From: Paraspadella gotoi
Taxonomy: Eukaryota; Animalia; Chaetognatha
DNA: 64,000 nt
Direction: 5' to 3'
Assembly (NCBI GenBank): GCA_051294375.1
Contig: CM119263.1
Location: forward strand, 31,355,476-31,419,475
This document shows positions 34,801 to 47,342 of this stretch, piece by piece. Positions within the stretch are counted from its first letter, which is position 1, and every line of letters starts with the position of its first letter. The position numbers and the translations under genes were made by a program. The notes under the pieces were generated by a model. It made no database searches. It saw only the letters and a program-made list of their open reading frames with translations, and was not told where the DNA came from.

Positions 34801-37800
34801 AGTCCACCATAAGATGTACGTATTAAAAAATAAAATGCCCTCAGTTTAATACTTACGAATTGAATTTTTTACGTTTTTGATATTCTATATGTAATTAATG
34901 AAATATTTGAATATTAATTGGAAAACTAAATTATTATAAGTATTGCCAAAATTATAAAAACCTTTGAAAACCTTATCAAAATATACGAGAAATGATCGAA
35001 ACTAATTCAATATGTAAATGAGATTCGAGAACTGAATTTCATTTAAAACGAACAACATATATTTATTATTATTTATTATTGTTTTTGTGAATCTCAGAAT
35101 CTTGCGATGATCTTCCTGCTTCATCTCCTTCTAATCCGATGTCGCCTCTTTCGTCCTCGTCTCTTTTTCCCACTCGAGGTTTGAACCAATCCTAATTTTC
35201 TTTATCGCCGTCACCGCGATATATCTTATTTATTTCATATACTTTTTTAATAGATATCCTTTGCCTGCTACTATTTACGTCATTAACTATATATTACACT
35301 TCCACTTTTTTGGTTTAATATTTATGCCACTTCCCCTCACGCGCTCTCATCCAGAAAAGTATTTTTGTCGACCGAAATCCTCAAATTCGATGATTTTCAG
35401 ATTTTGAGGCTCATTTGAACTTATGCGTTTTATGTTTTTGTGATAGTTTTAGTAGTGTTTGTGTTTGTTTTTTTTTTTTTAATTGACTGATCCTATACGG
35501 ACTTAACTAAGTAAAATTATTTTTAAAAAATATATTATTTATAAAACTTATTAGCTAAGTTTCTAGTTAAAAAAAGTTAATGACGCTGATCGCAAATTTA
35601 ACTAATATATACAAACATGTGATATTTTTAGAATGAACTGGTATACATATCTATTTTCCGTTTTATAAATTGCATCTTAACAATATTAACGTTATATCCT
35701 TTACACTCAAGGCATGCCCTTGATTGGGACCGTCAAATCTCCCTTCTTATCTCCCACAATGAATGTATCCAAGATTCCACAATGTATTTCTTCCGCTGTC
35801 GTGCACGCCTCACCTTCGCTGCCAAATTTGAGGCGGGTGCTCGTGGGTGAGTACGTTGCTCAGATGTTAATGTTCAATCAATTAATTCTTATTTTTTGAG
35901 TAATATTTCAAAAACATTTTAAACGTAATCTTATTTTTCAAATAAAAGTTCGTTCTATTAAAACTATTTAAAGAAAGTCATTAAATATTAAGCAATACAA
36001 AAAATTTGGTCTCAGGTTGGAGCGGTGACTCGGCGGCCTCGTCTGTTTGGCCGACAATCCACTCGCCCCCTGGGCCGACGCGGTTCTCCCGTTCCGTTCC
36101 GCATTTGCCTGCCGCCGCCGCTGCTGCTTCCCTCGCTGCCGGCGCCACTGCCACCGCCGCTGCTGTCCCCTCTGGTGTCCCATCACCGACCAATCATTTT
36201 TCCTTCCACTACCCTTTTAACTTTCCTCTTTTAAATGGTTAATAATTTAAATTAAAGCGTATTGATTAATAATTTACATATATATATATATAGGATTTCT
36301 ATAAAATATTTATAATTTCATCCCAGGTTCTGACTCTTCGTCCGTCGCGGCGCAAATGAAACTCTTGCATCAATTAAATCCCCAAAATGTTGGTGAGTTG
36401 ATGCGACGATTTAATTATGTGGCGAGTGATCATTGGCTTGTGCGGGAGGTAGATGCCTTTCGTCCAATGAATTTACATAGGTTCACAAATGAATGCGTTA
36501 AATCGATTCGATTTTCGTCCAGGATTTTCGGTCTCAAAACCCGTTGTGAACAAATCAAACTCAGCTCCTCTTACCAATCACGGCCCAGTTAACAATAACA
36601 ACAACAACAACGATGGTGCCAATTTGCAGATTAACTATCTAAAGCAGGTAGGTTTTGTTAGATTATTTAATAATTGCGAACAAATTGTTTGCGTAAAATC
36701 ATTACCAGGTTTTTTCTTATATCTTATAGCGCCTGCGTCAAACCGTTTTAAATCGCTCCTCGTCCAAGAATTTCGTGGATACTTTTGAGGATGAAACCAT
36801 GATAAATTATGTGGATGAGAATCGACGACGTCGTCCGAGTGGAGTTTCGGACGAGGCACCATTCGTCAACGATGACGTGGAAATCGTGAGGGAAGTTCGC
36901 GCTTTTGATGGAATCAAAGAGGCGACGGCGTCGGCACGATCGAGAAAGTCGGAGATAAGGAACAATCATAAGGTTGAGCGAGTGGAGTGAATGATAGTAG
37001 CGAGTGAAGCAAATAGATTTAGCGTAGCCGTTCCTTCCTTTTCAGCTTTCGAGGTCACCAAACCTTGGATCTTTCGACGGAGAAGGAAATCACGCGACGA
37101 CGGGTGCGTAGGCTCTTGTTGTCGTCGTCGTCGTCGTCGCATTTAATGTTCAATTCAATTAAGTCGAGGACGACGCGAAATTTGTTATTTTATTTTCCGT
37201 TAGAATGAATTAAATTATTTAATCTGGAATCCTCTTTTCTTTCCAGCCCTCGCCTACGACACGCTCATGTTGAAACACTCGTGTCAATGCAACAACAACG
37301 GGAAACACATCGAACACAGCGGACGAATTCAGAGCATCTGGTCAAGATTGCACGAGACCGGGTTGGCCGCAATGTGCAATAAGATTCGTTGCAGGAAGGC
37401 AACGGGTGACTTGAGACGAATTTAATACTTTTATTTATGAACAATTTGTTTGTTCGTTTCTTTGTTACTTCATCTTTCGTTCTTTACTTCGTTGCTTAGT
37501 TCGTTACCTTGTTCTTTTCTCATTTCAGTGGAAGAGCTGCAACTGGTCCACAGTGAACCGTACAGCCTATTGTATGGGACGACTAATCCTTTGAACCGAC
37601 AGAAACTCGACGGGAGGAAGCTGGCGGATCTGCCGCTTCGTTTCGCCGTGCTGCCCTGCGGCGGCGTCGGCGTCGACTGCGACACAGTCTGGAACGAACA
37701 GTTCACCTCCGTCGCCGCCAGAATGGTCAAATTTTTTTACCAGACTGTGTTTAATTAGTTGATTTGACGTTGAAACTGACGAGACCCTTTCTCGTTGACC

Positions 37801-40800
37801 AGGCGGCAGGCGCTGTGATCGAGACGGCGATGACGGTGATAACAGGCGGCGCGCAGAACGGCCTCGCAGTGGTCAGGCCGCCTGGTCATCACGCCGAGGC
37901 CAATCAGGCGATGGGATTCTGCTATTTCAATTCTGTCGCCATCGCAGCCAAAGTCGTGAGATCGAGACTCGATGTGAGACGGATACTCATTCTCGATTGG
38001 GTGAGCGGTTGTTGTTGTTTGTTTGTGTTTTTTGTTTGTTTTTTTTTGTTTTTTTAAAATAATTTTTCTTTCATTTGCTTCTTCCCTCATCCTACCCCCC
38101 CTATTCCCTCTCCTCCCCAGGACGTCCACCACGGGAACGGGACCCAGCAGGTTTTCTACGACGACCCCGGCGTCCTCTACATTTCCCTTCACCGACACGA
38201 CGCCGGAAATTTTTTCCCCGGCACCGGCGCCGTCGACGAGTGCGGTTGTGACGCCGGACTCGGCTTCACTGTTAACATTGCCTGGCAGGTGGAACCACGA
38301 GTGTAGCAGAATTAAATGCATAATTAAAATATTAAACTGATTTGATTATAAATTATTTGACTGTTAATTGAACCATGAACAAATATAAACATTTGCCAAT
38401 ATAAAATTGTAATATTAAATCTTTAACTTGGTAAGATTGGAATATATCGATACTTTTTAAATATATGACAATATGCAAATACGATTAATGAACTCCATCT
38501 CCTTTAAAACGACCTCTTTATTGCTCTGCGAGAAAAACAAGTGGGTGCTTTATTAACCTCCTCGCTCACCATCTTCAACTCCTCCAGGGCAACCTCTGCC
38601 CGCCGATGGGCGACGCGGACTACTTGGCCGCCTTCAATCGCGTCGTGATGCCCGTTGCCCGCGAGTTCGATCCTCAACTCGTCCTCGTCTCTGCGGGATT
38701 CGACGCCGCAGAGGGACACGCCCCTCCGCTAGGGGGATACAAGCTGACGCCAAGATGTGAGGACCGGGGTTGGAGAGGAAGTGAACGCTTGATTGATCTA
38801 TATATGGACTATTATATGAACTCTAAACTAATCTATTCATTTACCTATCTATTGATTTACTCATCTATTCATTTATTCATCTAATGATTCGCTCTATTGA
38901 TTTAATCATGCATTGATTTATTCATCGATTGATTAAATCATCAAATTTTATCGTCGCAATCGCTTTGCGTTTACGATGATATTGCTGTGGTTTTGCACAT
39001 AAGTGGCGGTCGTCGTCGTCGTCGGCGGCGTTCCAAATTATAGATCGCTTTTTTTATGATTAAATTTGGGTGTATGAAGCTGAAAATTTATATACAGCTT
39101 CTCATCATCGATGTGCTAAAATTGAGTCTGGACAGTTATTAAATATGTTTTGTTTACGTTTTATCAAAACAAACAAATTTTCTCTCTTTTATTTTCATAT
39201 TTCTTTCTCTCTCTCTTTTCTCTTTTAATTACTTGTCTCTCTCCCTCTCTCTTTTCCCTAGTCACTGATTCATAATCATAAGGGAAAAAACGAGTCTGCA
39301 GCTGGCTCTGCAGGGGCTTATTCTCATATCGGTCCGCCTCGCCACGAAATGCCCTTTTGTTCGCGCTAGTCGATAGATCGCGCGTTTATCAGAGTCAGAA
39401 AAACGAACAAAATAACATCGAAAAATGAAAAAAAGAAAATCCAGAGGGAAGCCGTCACGTGACCGGCCCCGACCAATGGGAGCCCGGCATCCACCGAAGC
39501 CGGCTTCCTCCCTCATCCGGGGAACTGAGATCCTCAATTCTTTTTTCGCGCTCAACTAGTTCGGTTATCACCTTACAATTTCGCGTTTTTTCTTGGCTTT
39601 TTCACGATTTTCTCGTATATCTACGTTCGAAATCCGCTCATACTATGTCTTCAGGCAGAGACGAACGTTCGGACAAGAAGTCTGACAGCCGAAAACGTTC
39701 GGACAAGTCTCTGAATCGTAGAGAGGGACTGGAGATCCCTCGGGGGCTTGAGAGGTCCAAGAGAGACCGAGCGGTCTCGCCCCCGCCGCCACCTCCCCAC
39801 CGCCGCCGCATTCTCCCCCCTCTACCGTGGTTTTCGGCAGCCCGATTCCGTCGGTTTTGGGGTCTCGGCCCGTACCAACCGACAATTCCGTTGCCCGGCG
39901 AGCGGTGGGCTTTGTCCGGGGCGCCCTCTCACGCTGCGCCCGGACCGAGTGGCGGCCGGTCTGCTCGTCCCCCACTGCCGGACGACGAGACCAGAGGACT
40001 GGAGTCCGTCCTTGCGACGATGGTTTCGTCGCTAAAGAACAGCTTTAGGAAGGATTTCGACGATCTTCGCCGCGAGTCTCAGCGGCGTTTCGACGCTTTG
40101 GAGCGGTGAGTTTTTCCCGCCGGGTGGCGTAGTGGGGTTTTTTAGCTCGTTTTTTCAAACGCCTCGCCTCCCTTTTTGTTTCTCCTTTATTTCTTTCTTT
40201 CTTTTTTCGAAGTTTTCGAATTTTGGAATTTTAGAATTTTTATTTCGTCTATTTCGTTCGAAATATTTTTGTTGAAATAACCGCTTTCCTACGCCTCTTG
40301 GCATGGGGCATTTCGTGGCGAGGCGGACCGATATGAGAATTTTTAATTCCTTTATGGAATATTAATTCTATATCGGTCCGCCTCGCCACGATCCACCGTC
40401 CGCCCCTTGTTTGTCTCCTACCATGTTTTTCGTGGCTTTGGCGTGGCTTAGGGAAAGGGGGGTTGGGGAGAAGGGAGGGGGGGGGGTTCGGGAGTTTTTC
40501 GTTTAAATTCTCGCGCTAATTTTGTTTACCGCTTACATTTTTTTACATGTGACGATTCTATATCGGTCCGGTTTTACTCTCCACTACGCTTCGCCTCATT
40601 TGATTCGTCTCGATTTCCTTCCATGCTGTTCTGACTCCAGTAGGCGGCCCCTCTCAGATCGGCGCCGCCTCGGACCGTCGCACGGCCTCGCCTCTACCCA
40701 AGCGTCATCGATCCCACACAGTGCCGGATCCGGACGCCGAATACTCCTCCGATTCGGCGGAGGAGGGAGAAGTTTCGTCTTCGGACGACGACGTCGGCGG

Positions 40801-43800
40801 CTTCGACGACTTCCTGCCCACGAGCAGGTCTGCGCCGGTTCCATCGCCATGGGTTCGTGACATGTGGCGTTCCCTTCGCTGCGTTGGGGAAGGGGACACC
40901 CTCACGGCCAACTGGAACGCGCTGGGACGCCCAGCGGCCGGCAGAATACGCCACTGGATCGACGTCGCTTCTCCGCCGGAGTTCACCGCTCCGACGCCGG
41001 ACACGTGCCTCTCCGCTCAATTCGAGTCGGCGTTCTCCAAGGGGACTAACGCGGCTACTCTCCGCTCCCTTTCTCGTGCGATGCAGGAGAACGGCGCTAC
41101 CGCGCATGCCATCCTTACGGTTGCCGATGAGCTGCGCGGAATCAAGGAGGCTCTCCGTTCCGGATCGCCCAAAGATGAGGTCATCGCGAGTGTAGACGCC
41201 CTTGCCGCCCCGCTTCGCGACGCGGCACTTATTCAGGCGGCTCCCTCAACCACTCTGTCGGCGAGATCCGTCGCCAAGTTCTCGCTGTGGCGCCGCAGGA
41301 TCTCCGCGCCACGCTCTCTCGCTCCGCGCCCACCGCCTCTTCCTTTTTTGGCGATCAAGAGGCGAAGGTGGCGTCGGCCCTCAACTCGACGCTTCTACGA
41401 AACGTCGCACGCGCCAAACCCGCTGCCGACAAGCGACCTCGTTTCCGCTCGAAGCCTTCCTTCAAGCGCAAGTGGACCAAGAAGTCTGCTCCCCGCAAAA
41501 AGTCGGGAAACGGGAAGGGCCGGGACTCGCGTCCCGGCGAATGACTCGAAACGCCTCCCTCGCGGTCGCCGCCGTCCGACCGCCCCGGTTTTAGGCCTGG
41601 ATCCGCCCATGGACTCGAGTCTCGACACGGACCTTTCCACGCCGGCGCTTCTCCCGGAAGTCCCCGTCGGAGGTCGGCTTCGTCTCTTTCGACCATTTTG
41701 GACGACGCTCGTTGGCGAGACGTCGCCCATTCTCGACAACATCTCGGGTTTCCGTCTCGAGGGGGCGAAGCAGATTCCAACACGCCTCCCTCTTCCCTCG
41801 GACGAGACGCCGTCTTTTGGAGACCGAGACGCCTTGGTCGACGCGGAGATTGCGGCGGCTTTGGAGAAGAACGCCATCGAGGAAGTCCCGGCTTCTCCGG
41901 TTTTCTTTTCCAAGATTTTCCTCGTTCCAAAGAAAGATGGAGGCTGGCGTCCGATTTTGAACTTAAAGAAGCTCAACTCTCGTTTCCTTTCGCCGCCTTA
42001 TTTTCGGATGGAAGGAGCCCCGGACGTACGAAGGATGTTTCGACGAGGCGATTGGGGTGCCTCGATAGACCTTCGAGATGCTTATCTCCATCTCCCGATT
42101 CACGAGGAGCATCGGAAGTTTTGCCGCTTCATTTGGAAGGGCCGCATCTACCAGTACAGAGTCCTTCCATTCGGCCTCTCGACGGGCCCTTGGCTTTTCA
42201 CCAAGTCGACGAGACCTTTAGTGCAGTGGCTCCGCCAACAGGGGATTCGATGCCTCTTTTATATAGACGACATCTTGATCCTGGGATCTTCGGCGGACGA
42301 TTGTCGACGAGCCACTCGGAAGGCGGTGTGGCTACTCAAGGAGGCGGGGTTCATCATCCACCTTCAGAAGTCGAGCCTGTCCCCTTCGCAGAGATTCGAT
42401 TTCCTCGGTTTCGTTTGGGACAGCCTCTCCCACTCCATCGCGCTCCCGGAGACGAAAATTACGACTCTTCGCTCTCTCGCGGAGAATCTTCTGTCAACGA
42501 CGGCACCAAGTGCCCGTCAGTGCCTTCAGCTTCTAGGCCATTCGACGGCGGCGTCCATGGCAGTTCCGCTGCTGCGTTGCCGGTCTTCGAGGATTCAGCG
42601 AGACGCCATTCGCGTCTACAAGTCGGAGAAGGATCTCGACCGCGTTGTTCCTCTCCACTCGCCGGCGATAGAGGAGCTGCGGTGGATCGCAGCCCTTTCT
42701 CCGGACCAGTGCTTCGCTCCGATCGACGACCTCCTCCCGGAGGACTGCACGCTGGAGGTGACGACGGATGCTTCGTCGCAGGGATGGGGGATTCTCCATC
42801 AGGGCCAGCTGTCGAGGGGAACCTGGTCGACTGCGGATGCCCCTCTCCATATCAATGTGAAGGAGTTCACAGTTCTGAAGATCTTCCTCCAACGATTCGG
42901 AGCTTCTTTCCACGGCGCGTCCATCCTTTGGAAGACGGACAGCCTCGTCTCTCTCACCTGCCTTCGTCGGGGCTGCAGCAGGTCGCAGGCTCTCCACGAA
43001 GTAGTCAGGGAGACACTTCTACTGGCCTCCTACCTGAAGATCCGGATTTCAGGAGTCCATCTCTCTTCGGAGGAGAATCTCATCACGGACGCGGCGTCGA
43101 GGGGCCGCAAGGTGGCGGACTGGAGACTCCTTCCGAGAGTTTTCCGCCAGATGGTCGACGTCTTCGGTCTCCCCAGCATCGATCTTTTCGCGACTCCCCG
43201 GTCGGCTCAAGTTCCACGCTTTTTCGCCTGGGAGGCGACGCCGGAGGCGGAGGGGATAGACGCCTTGGCGCAACGCTGGGTCTTCGACCTGGCCTATCTC
43301 TTTCCTCCCCCTCCTCTGCTGATGATGGTGATCCGCAAGCTGGAGAAGGCGAGGGGCTCCTTTCTCCTGATCACCCCGTTTTGGCCGGCTCAGAAGTGGT
43401 TCCCGAGCCTACTTCTCCTTCGGATTCTGGACGCGAGGCGCCTTCCGGCGCCGAAAAACCTCGTCGTCGACCTCGTGTCCGGACGTCCGCCACCGCAGGC
43501 GGACCGCTTCAGGCTCGTCGCCTGGAGGATTTTAGGCGGTGCCACAATCTCTCCGACATCGACGACTCCACCTTCTCCGTCATCGTCGACAGCTGGAGAG
43601 GTTCTACCAGAGAGCGCTACGCCAGAGCTTGGAGCTCCTTCTGCGATTTCCTTCAGGATAGAGAGGTTCGAGGATCTCAAGCCTCTCTAGAGGATGTTCT
43701 ACGATATCTCGGTTTTCTGTGCGAGAAGGGCCTCTCGTACAGCACGATCAACCTTCACAGATCGGCCATCTCAGCTACTCTCCCCCCCTGGCAGGAGCGC

Positions 43801-46085
43801 CGGTTGGAGAGCATCCTTTGGTCCGGCGTCTTCTCAAGGGAGTTTTCGAGAGACGCCCTCCCTCACGTCGAACCTTCCCCACGTGGAATGCGGCCTCGGT
43901 TTTACGCATTCTCGACTCGGCGCCACTTCCGATCGCGCCGAGGGATCTTCTACGACGCTCGCTCTTTTCTCGTCGCTTTAGCGTCAGCTCGTCGCCCTTC
44001 AGAGATCGTTTCTCTTCGTTGCAACGCGGGCTATCTTTCCTTAGCGGCAGATCACGTTCGTCTGGTTCCATCGACGCTCTCGAAGACGGACAGGGTCGGA
44101 CACATGGGTCCGGCGTTCCGTCTCGATTCGCTGCCGCTCTCGGATCGTTGCCCGGTTCGGGCGCTGCGCAATTGGCTCTCTCTTCGTTCGGAATTGGCGC
44201 CGCAGCACGATTTTCTTTTCTGCGCCCCCGCGCGCCGTTTCGTCAGCTCTCGACGCAGCGTTTCGCCTCCATTCTCAAGGAGCTCTTTTTGGAGGCAGAC
44301 GTTTCTGCGCCCCCGGGGTCGACACGCGCTATGGCGGTTTCAGAAGCCTTCGCTCGCGGCGTGGATCTCGGCGTCATTTTACGCGCGGGAGATTGGTCTG
44401 GAGCGCAGACCTTCTTCCGTTTCTACTGCAGGGACGTCGCGTGGGGCGCCCCTCCGGGACCTTCTAGGACAATTGAGGATCTCAGTTCCCGGATGAGGGA
44501 GGAAGCCGGCTTCGGTGGATGCCGGGCTCCCATTGGTCGGGGCCGGTCACGTGACGGCTTCCCTCTGGATTTTCTTTTTTCATTTTTCGATGTTATTTTG
44601 TTCGTTTTTCTGACTCTGATAAACGCGCGATCTATCGACTAGCGCGAACAAAAGGGCATTTCGTGGCGAGGCGGACCGATATAGAATTAATATTCCATAA
44701 AGGAATTAAAAATTCTTTTTCTCTCCTGCTGCTTCTGCTGCTGCCTTTTGATTTAAAACGATTTGGCTTCTGTCTCTCTTTCTCTCTCTCTCGCATCCGA
44801 TCAATCTGCTCGCTTATGCGGGCTAAAAGTAAAACAAAAGTACCTTCAATAATGTCTCTCCAGACTTAGCACTTGTCTAACAGAGGGATATCTCTGTTGT
44901 GATGATGGTTATTATATTAAACCTTTAAGGTCATAGAATAAAAATTTGTCAAAACTTAATAAGAATACGACAATATGCAAATGAGATTGAATAACTCAAT
45001 CTCATTTCAGACAATTCACAAATTAATCTCCTACACATGCTAAAAATTAAACTCGAAAATAAGTTATTTTACTGTTTTATATTTATTTTTTTTTCTTTTT
45101 CTTTCTGTTTATAAATTTTTTTTCTCAAATTTGATTTTTTTAGTATCAAAATTCGTCGTCAATCCAGATTTTTCTTATGCGATTGCGACGATCCTTATGC
45201 TTTTAAGTTTTTTTTTAATCATTTAATCATGTATTGATTTATTAATTTGCAAGTTAACGAATCCATCGACCGTTCTATTTATTCACTCAGGCTTCGGCTC
45301 GATGACCCGTCAACTTCAAAGTCTCGCCGGCGGTCGCATCGTTCTCGCCCTCGAAGGCGGCTACAACTTGACGGCCATCTGCGACGCGGCCGAAGCCTGC
45401 GCACGCTCCCTCGTCGGTCAAAAGGTCGATGTAGGTGACGGGGATGTGGACAAGCCTTCCAGACAGGTAGGTGGGACCCCCGAGTTGTTGATCTAAATCC
45501 TAACTTAAAAATGAGGAAATATAGTTTTGATTTATATCCAAATTCTTAGGCTTTAAAAACATTGGAGCAAGTCGTCAACATTCATTCCAAATTTTGGTCG
45601 TGTCTTCGAAAGGAAAACGTCTCCCTCGCTTCCTCATTCAAAGGTCAGATTGAACGCTAATGAACCAATATAATATTTTTTTGAATTATCAATTAATTAA
45701 ATTTATATTATTCTTTCAACGTCCGACAGATGAAACTCGTTTGACTACCCACGATTCCTTTCCATTTCATCTGGAATCGTCGTCGTCGTCTTCCCGTCTT
45801 CCTCGATCCTCTTCCAGTCCCCATTTCCTTCCCCACATCCCCCGCTCCCCATCTTATCCCCTTTCCCCTCCTCCTCTTCCCCTTTCCCCTTATTCCCCTC
45901 GATCTCCTCCCACGATCCCCGCAGATTTCCCAATGGACGCTTCGCTTCGACCCAGCTTGATCGAGTCTCCGGTTTCCCCGCCCGCTTCGTCCGGGTCGAT
46001 GGACGGCCGGACGGGCGCCGGGTCCGTCCCCATCAATCTCAAGGTCTCCGGCCCTGTCGTTGCTATGGAAACGGAGGAGAGTTGA
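31830..46085 (+). CDS. HDAC4: Class IIa histone deacetylase (HDAC4/5/7/9 orthologue), many exons; 5' start not resolved
   Basis: Q-rich helix [100 protein letters not shown]. Confidence 0.93.
32789..32916 (+). repeat. 21-bp tandem repeat spanning an HDAC splice donor
   Basis: GGCGTGGAGACAG|GTTTGGTG x6. Confidence 0.9.
34578..34811 (-). mobile_element. Solo LTR of family 2 with twister fold (34629-34703), in HDAC intron
   Basis: TSD AGAT (34574-77, 34812-15); highly similar to 23762-23990; a P4 change gives a U-G wobble on the minus strand. Confidence 0.92.
39645..41544 (+). CDS. DIRS gag-like ORF, apparently interrupted by an intron (40106-40640) and frameshifts
   Basis: ORF ends at CG|GTGAGT donor; CTGAC..CCAG acceptor; acidic patch, helical core and basic C-terminus. 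Confidence 0.55.
41609..43690 (+). CDS. DIRS pol: reverse transcriptase, RNase H, methyltransferase-like domain
   Basis: [78 protein letters not shown]. Confidence 0.93.
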   Translation: MDSSLDTDLSTPALLPEVPVGGRLRLFRPFWTTLVGETSPILDNISGFRLEGAKQIPTRLPLPSDETPSFGDRDALVDAEIAAALEKNAIEEVPASPVFFSKIFLVPKKDGGWRPILNLKKLNSRFLSPPYFRMEGAPDVRRMFRRGDWGASIDLRDAYLHLPIHEEHRKFCRFIWKGRIYQYRVLPFGLSTGPWLFTKSTRPLVQWLRQQGIRCLFYIDDILILGSSADDCRRATRKAVWLLKEAGFIIHLQKSSLSPSQRFDFLGFVWDSLSHSIALPETKITTLRSLAENLLSTTAPSARQCLQLLGHSTAASMAVPLLRCRSSRIQRDAIRVYKSEKDLDRVVPLHSPAIEELRWIAALSPDQCFAPIDDLLPEDCTLEVTTDASSQGWGILHQGQLSRGTWSTADAPLHINVKEFTVLKIFLQRFGASFHGASILWKTDSLVSLTCLRRGCSRSQALHEVVRETLLLASYLKIRISGVHLSSEENLITDAASRGRKVADWRLLPRVFRQMVDVFGLPSIDLFATPRSAQVPRFFAWEATPEAEGIDALAQRWVFDLAYLFPPPPLLMMVIRKLEKARGSFLLITPFWPAQKWFPSLLLLRILDARRLPAPKNLVVDLVSGRPPPQADRFRLVAWRILGGATISPTSTTPPSPSSSTAGEVLPESATPELGAPSAISFRIERFEDLKPL
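43500..44496 (+). CDS. DIRS tyrosine recombinase (frameshifted), C-terminal part of an ORF overlapping pol
   Basis: [56 protein letters not shown] across 2 frames. Confidence 0.85.
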
Positions 46086-47342
46086 CTCTGCGGCGGCGGA
46101 GAGAGAGGAAGTTTTCAAATTTGTGAGGATCGTGACTTCGCTCGAGACGGTTTTCTCCTTTCTTCCTTTTTATACCGATGTTAATTTCTCGTTTGTTTTG
46201 TTATTAGTGATGTTGTCGTTATTGTTGTCGTTATTCGTTCGCGCGAATCGTTTTCTAGTCAATTCCTTTGTTTTGTCTCTTCAAATCGCGATTCAACTTT
46301 TTTCTATTCAAATGTTTGTTTGTTTTTATTGCAATTAATGTGTTTGATAAAAAGATTCAAAGATGAAAGATTTGTATAATTTTTGATTTGTTGAAACCTC
46401 GATGAAAAGAAATCTTTGATTGATAAAAAGATATAATCATCTCAAAAAAAGAAACATAAATCGTAATTAAATTTAAACAATTTGTCTATTCCCTATTCGT
46501 TGTCCCGATTTTGCTGCCAATGTTCATTTTTTAATTTTTTTTTTTTTTTTTAAATCGGCTTCTAGTATTTTGGATGCTTGTTTACTTACGAGAAAAATTA
46601 ACAGATATTTTTCCTGCGTTTCGTTGTTGATTAATACCTGCGATTAGGAGTGATAGATATAAAAAATAATTCTAACTGTTAACTAGCAAATCTTTCACAT
46701 TCTGGGAAACTTAATATTATTAATTCGTTTAATTCAAAGACGAGTTTTTCATCTGTAATCATTACTTACCAAAAATTTTCTTCTGCGACAAAAATGAAGC
46801 GCTGATCTTTTGTTTCTCTTTAGTTTCTTCTCTTTCCTCTTTCGTCGCTTTCATCTACAGATATCTGCTTCAGAATAAAAATTGCTTTTCTGCTTTTTTG
46901 CTTTGTCACGATTTGAAAAATAAAAATACTGCTTTCTAGCTCTATATGCTTTTCCTTAAAAATGTTTATACAAAACAATAAATGAAGATAGTGTTATTTC
47001 CAGGTTTTATTCCTAAACACCAAAATTATTCGAGTTGAAAAGCCTTTCTATTTGACAGGTTGCCGGTTTTCAACAAAGGAAAAAAATATATTTAAGTTTA
47101 CAGTTTTCTATTTTTTTTAGCAGAGAATAACATTTTATATGGTTTGTCTTTTGGCGATCTTTTGATTAAAATTGATTTTCTTTAAACGTTATTGGGAGAG
47201 AGAGAGAGAGAGATTTTCTCGAACTGAATTACGTCCAATTGTCGTTTCTCGAAATACTACGAGCTTATCTCCCAATTCCATTCATATCATGTATTGAATT
47301 ATGACTTAATCATTACATGATTGACGGATCATTTTCTCAAAA

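Larger units (their letters stand above)
39320..44716 (+). mobile_element. DIRS1-type tyrosine-recombinase retrotransposon in HDAC intron (~38757-45290)
   Basis: Inverted terminal repeats 39326-39539 / 44471-44682, right extension to 44716, ICR 40306-40391, ATTCT shared at both ends; gag, RT/RH/MT and YR ORFs. Confidence 0.95.

Noticed and set aside
41698-44496. 932-aa ORF overlapping RT as a novel gene
   Set aside because: Extensive overlap of the YR ORF with pol is typical of DIRS elements
45350-45372. HDAC class IIa with catalytic Tyr (LEGGY)
   Set aside because: The Tyr-to-His change is vertebrate-specific; Tyr is expected in invertebrates
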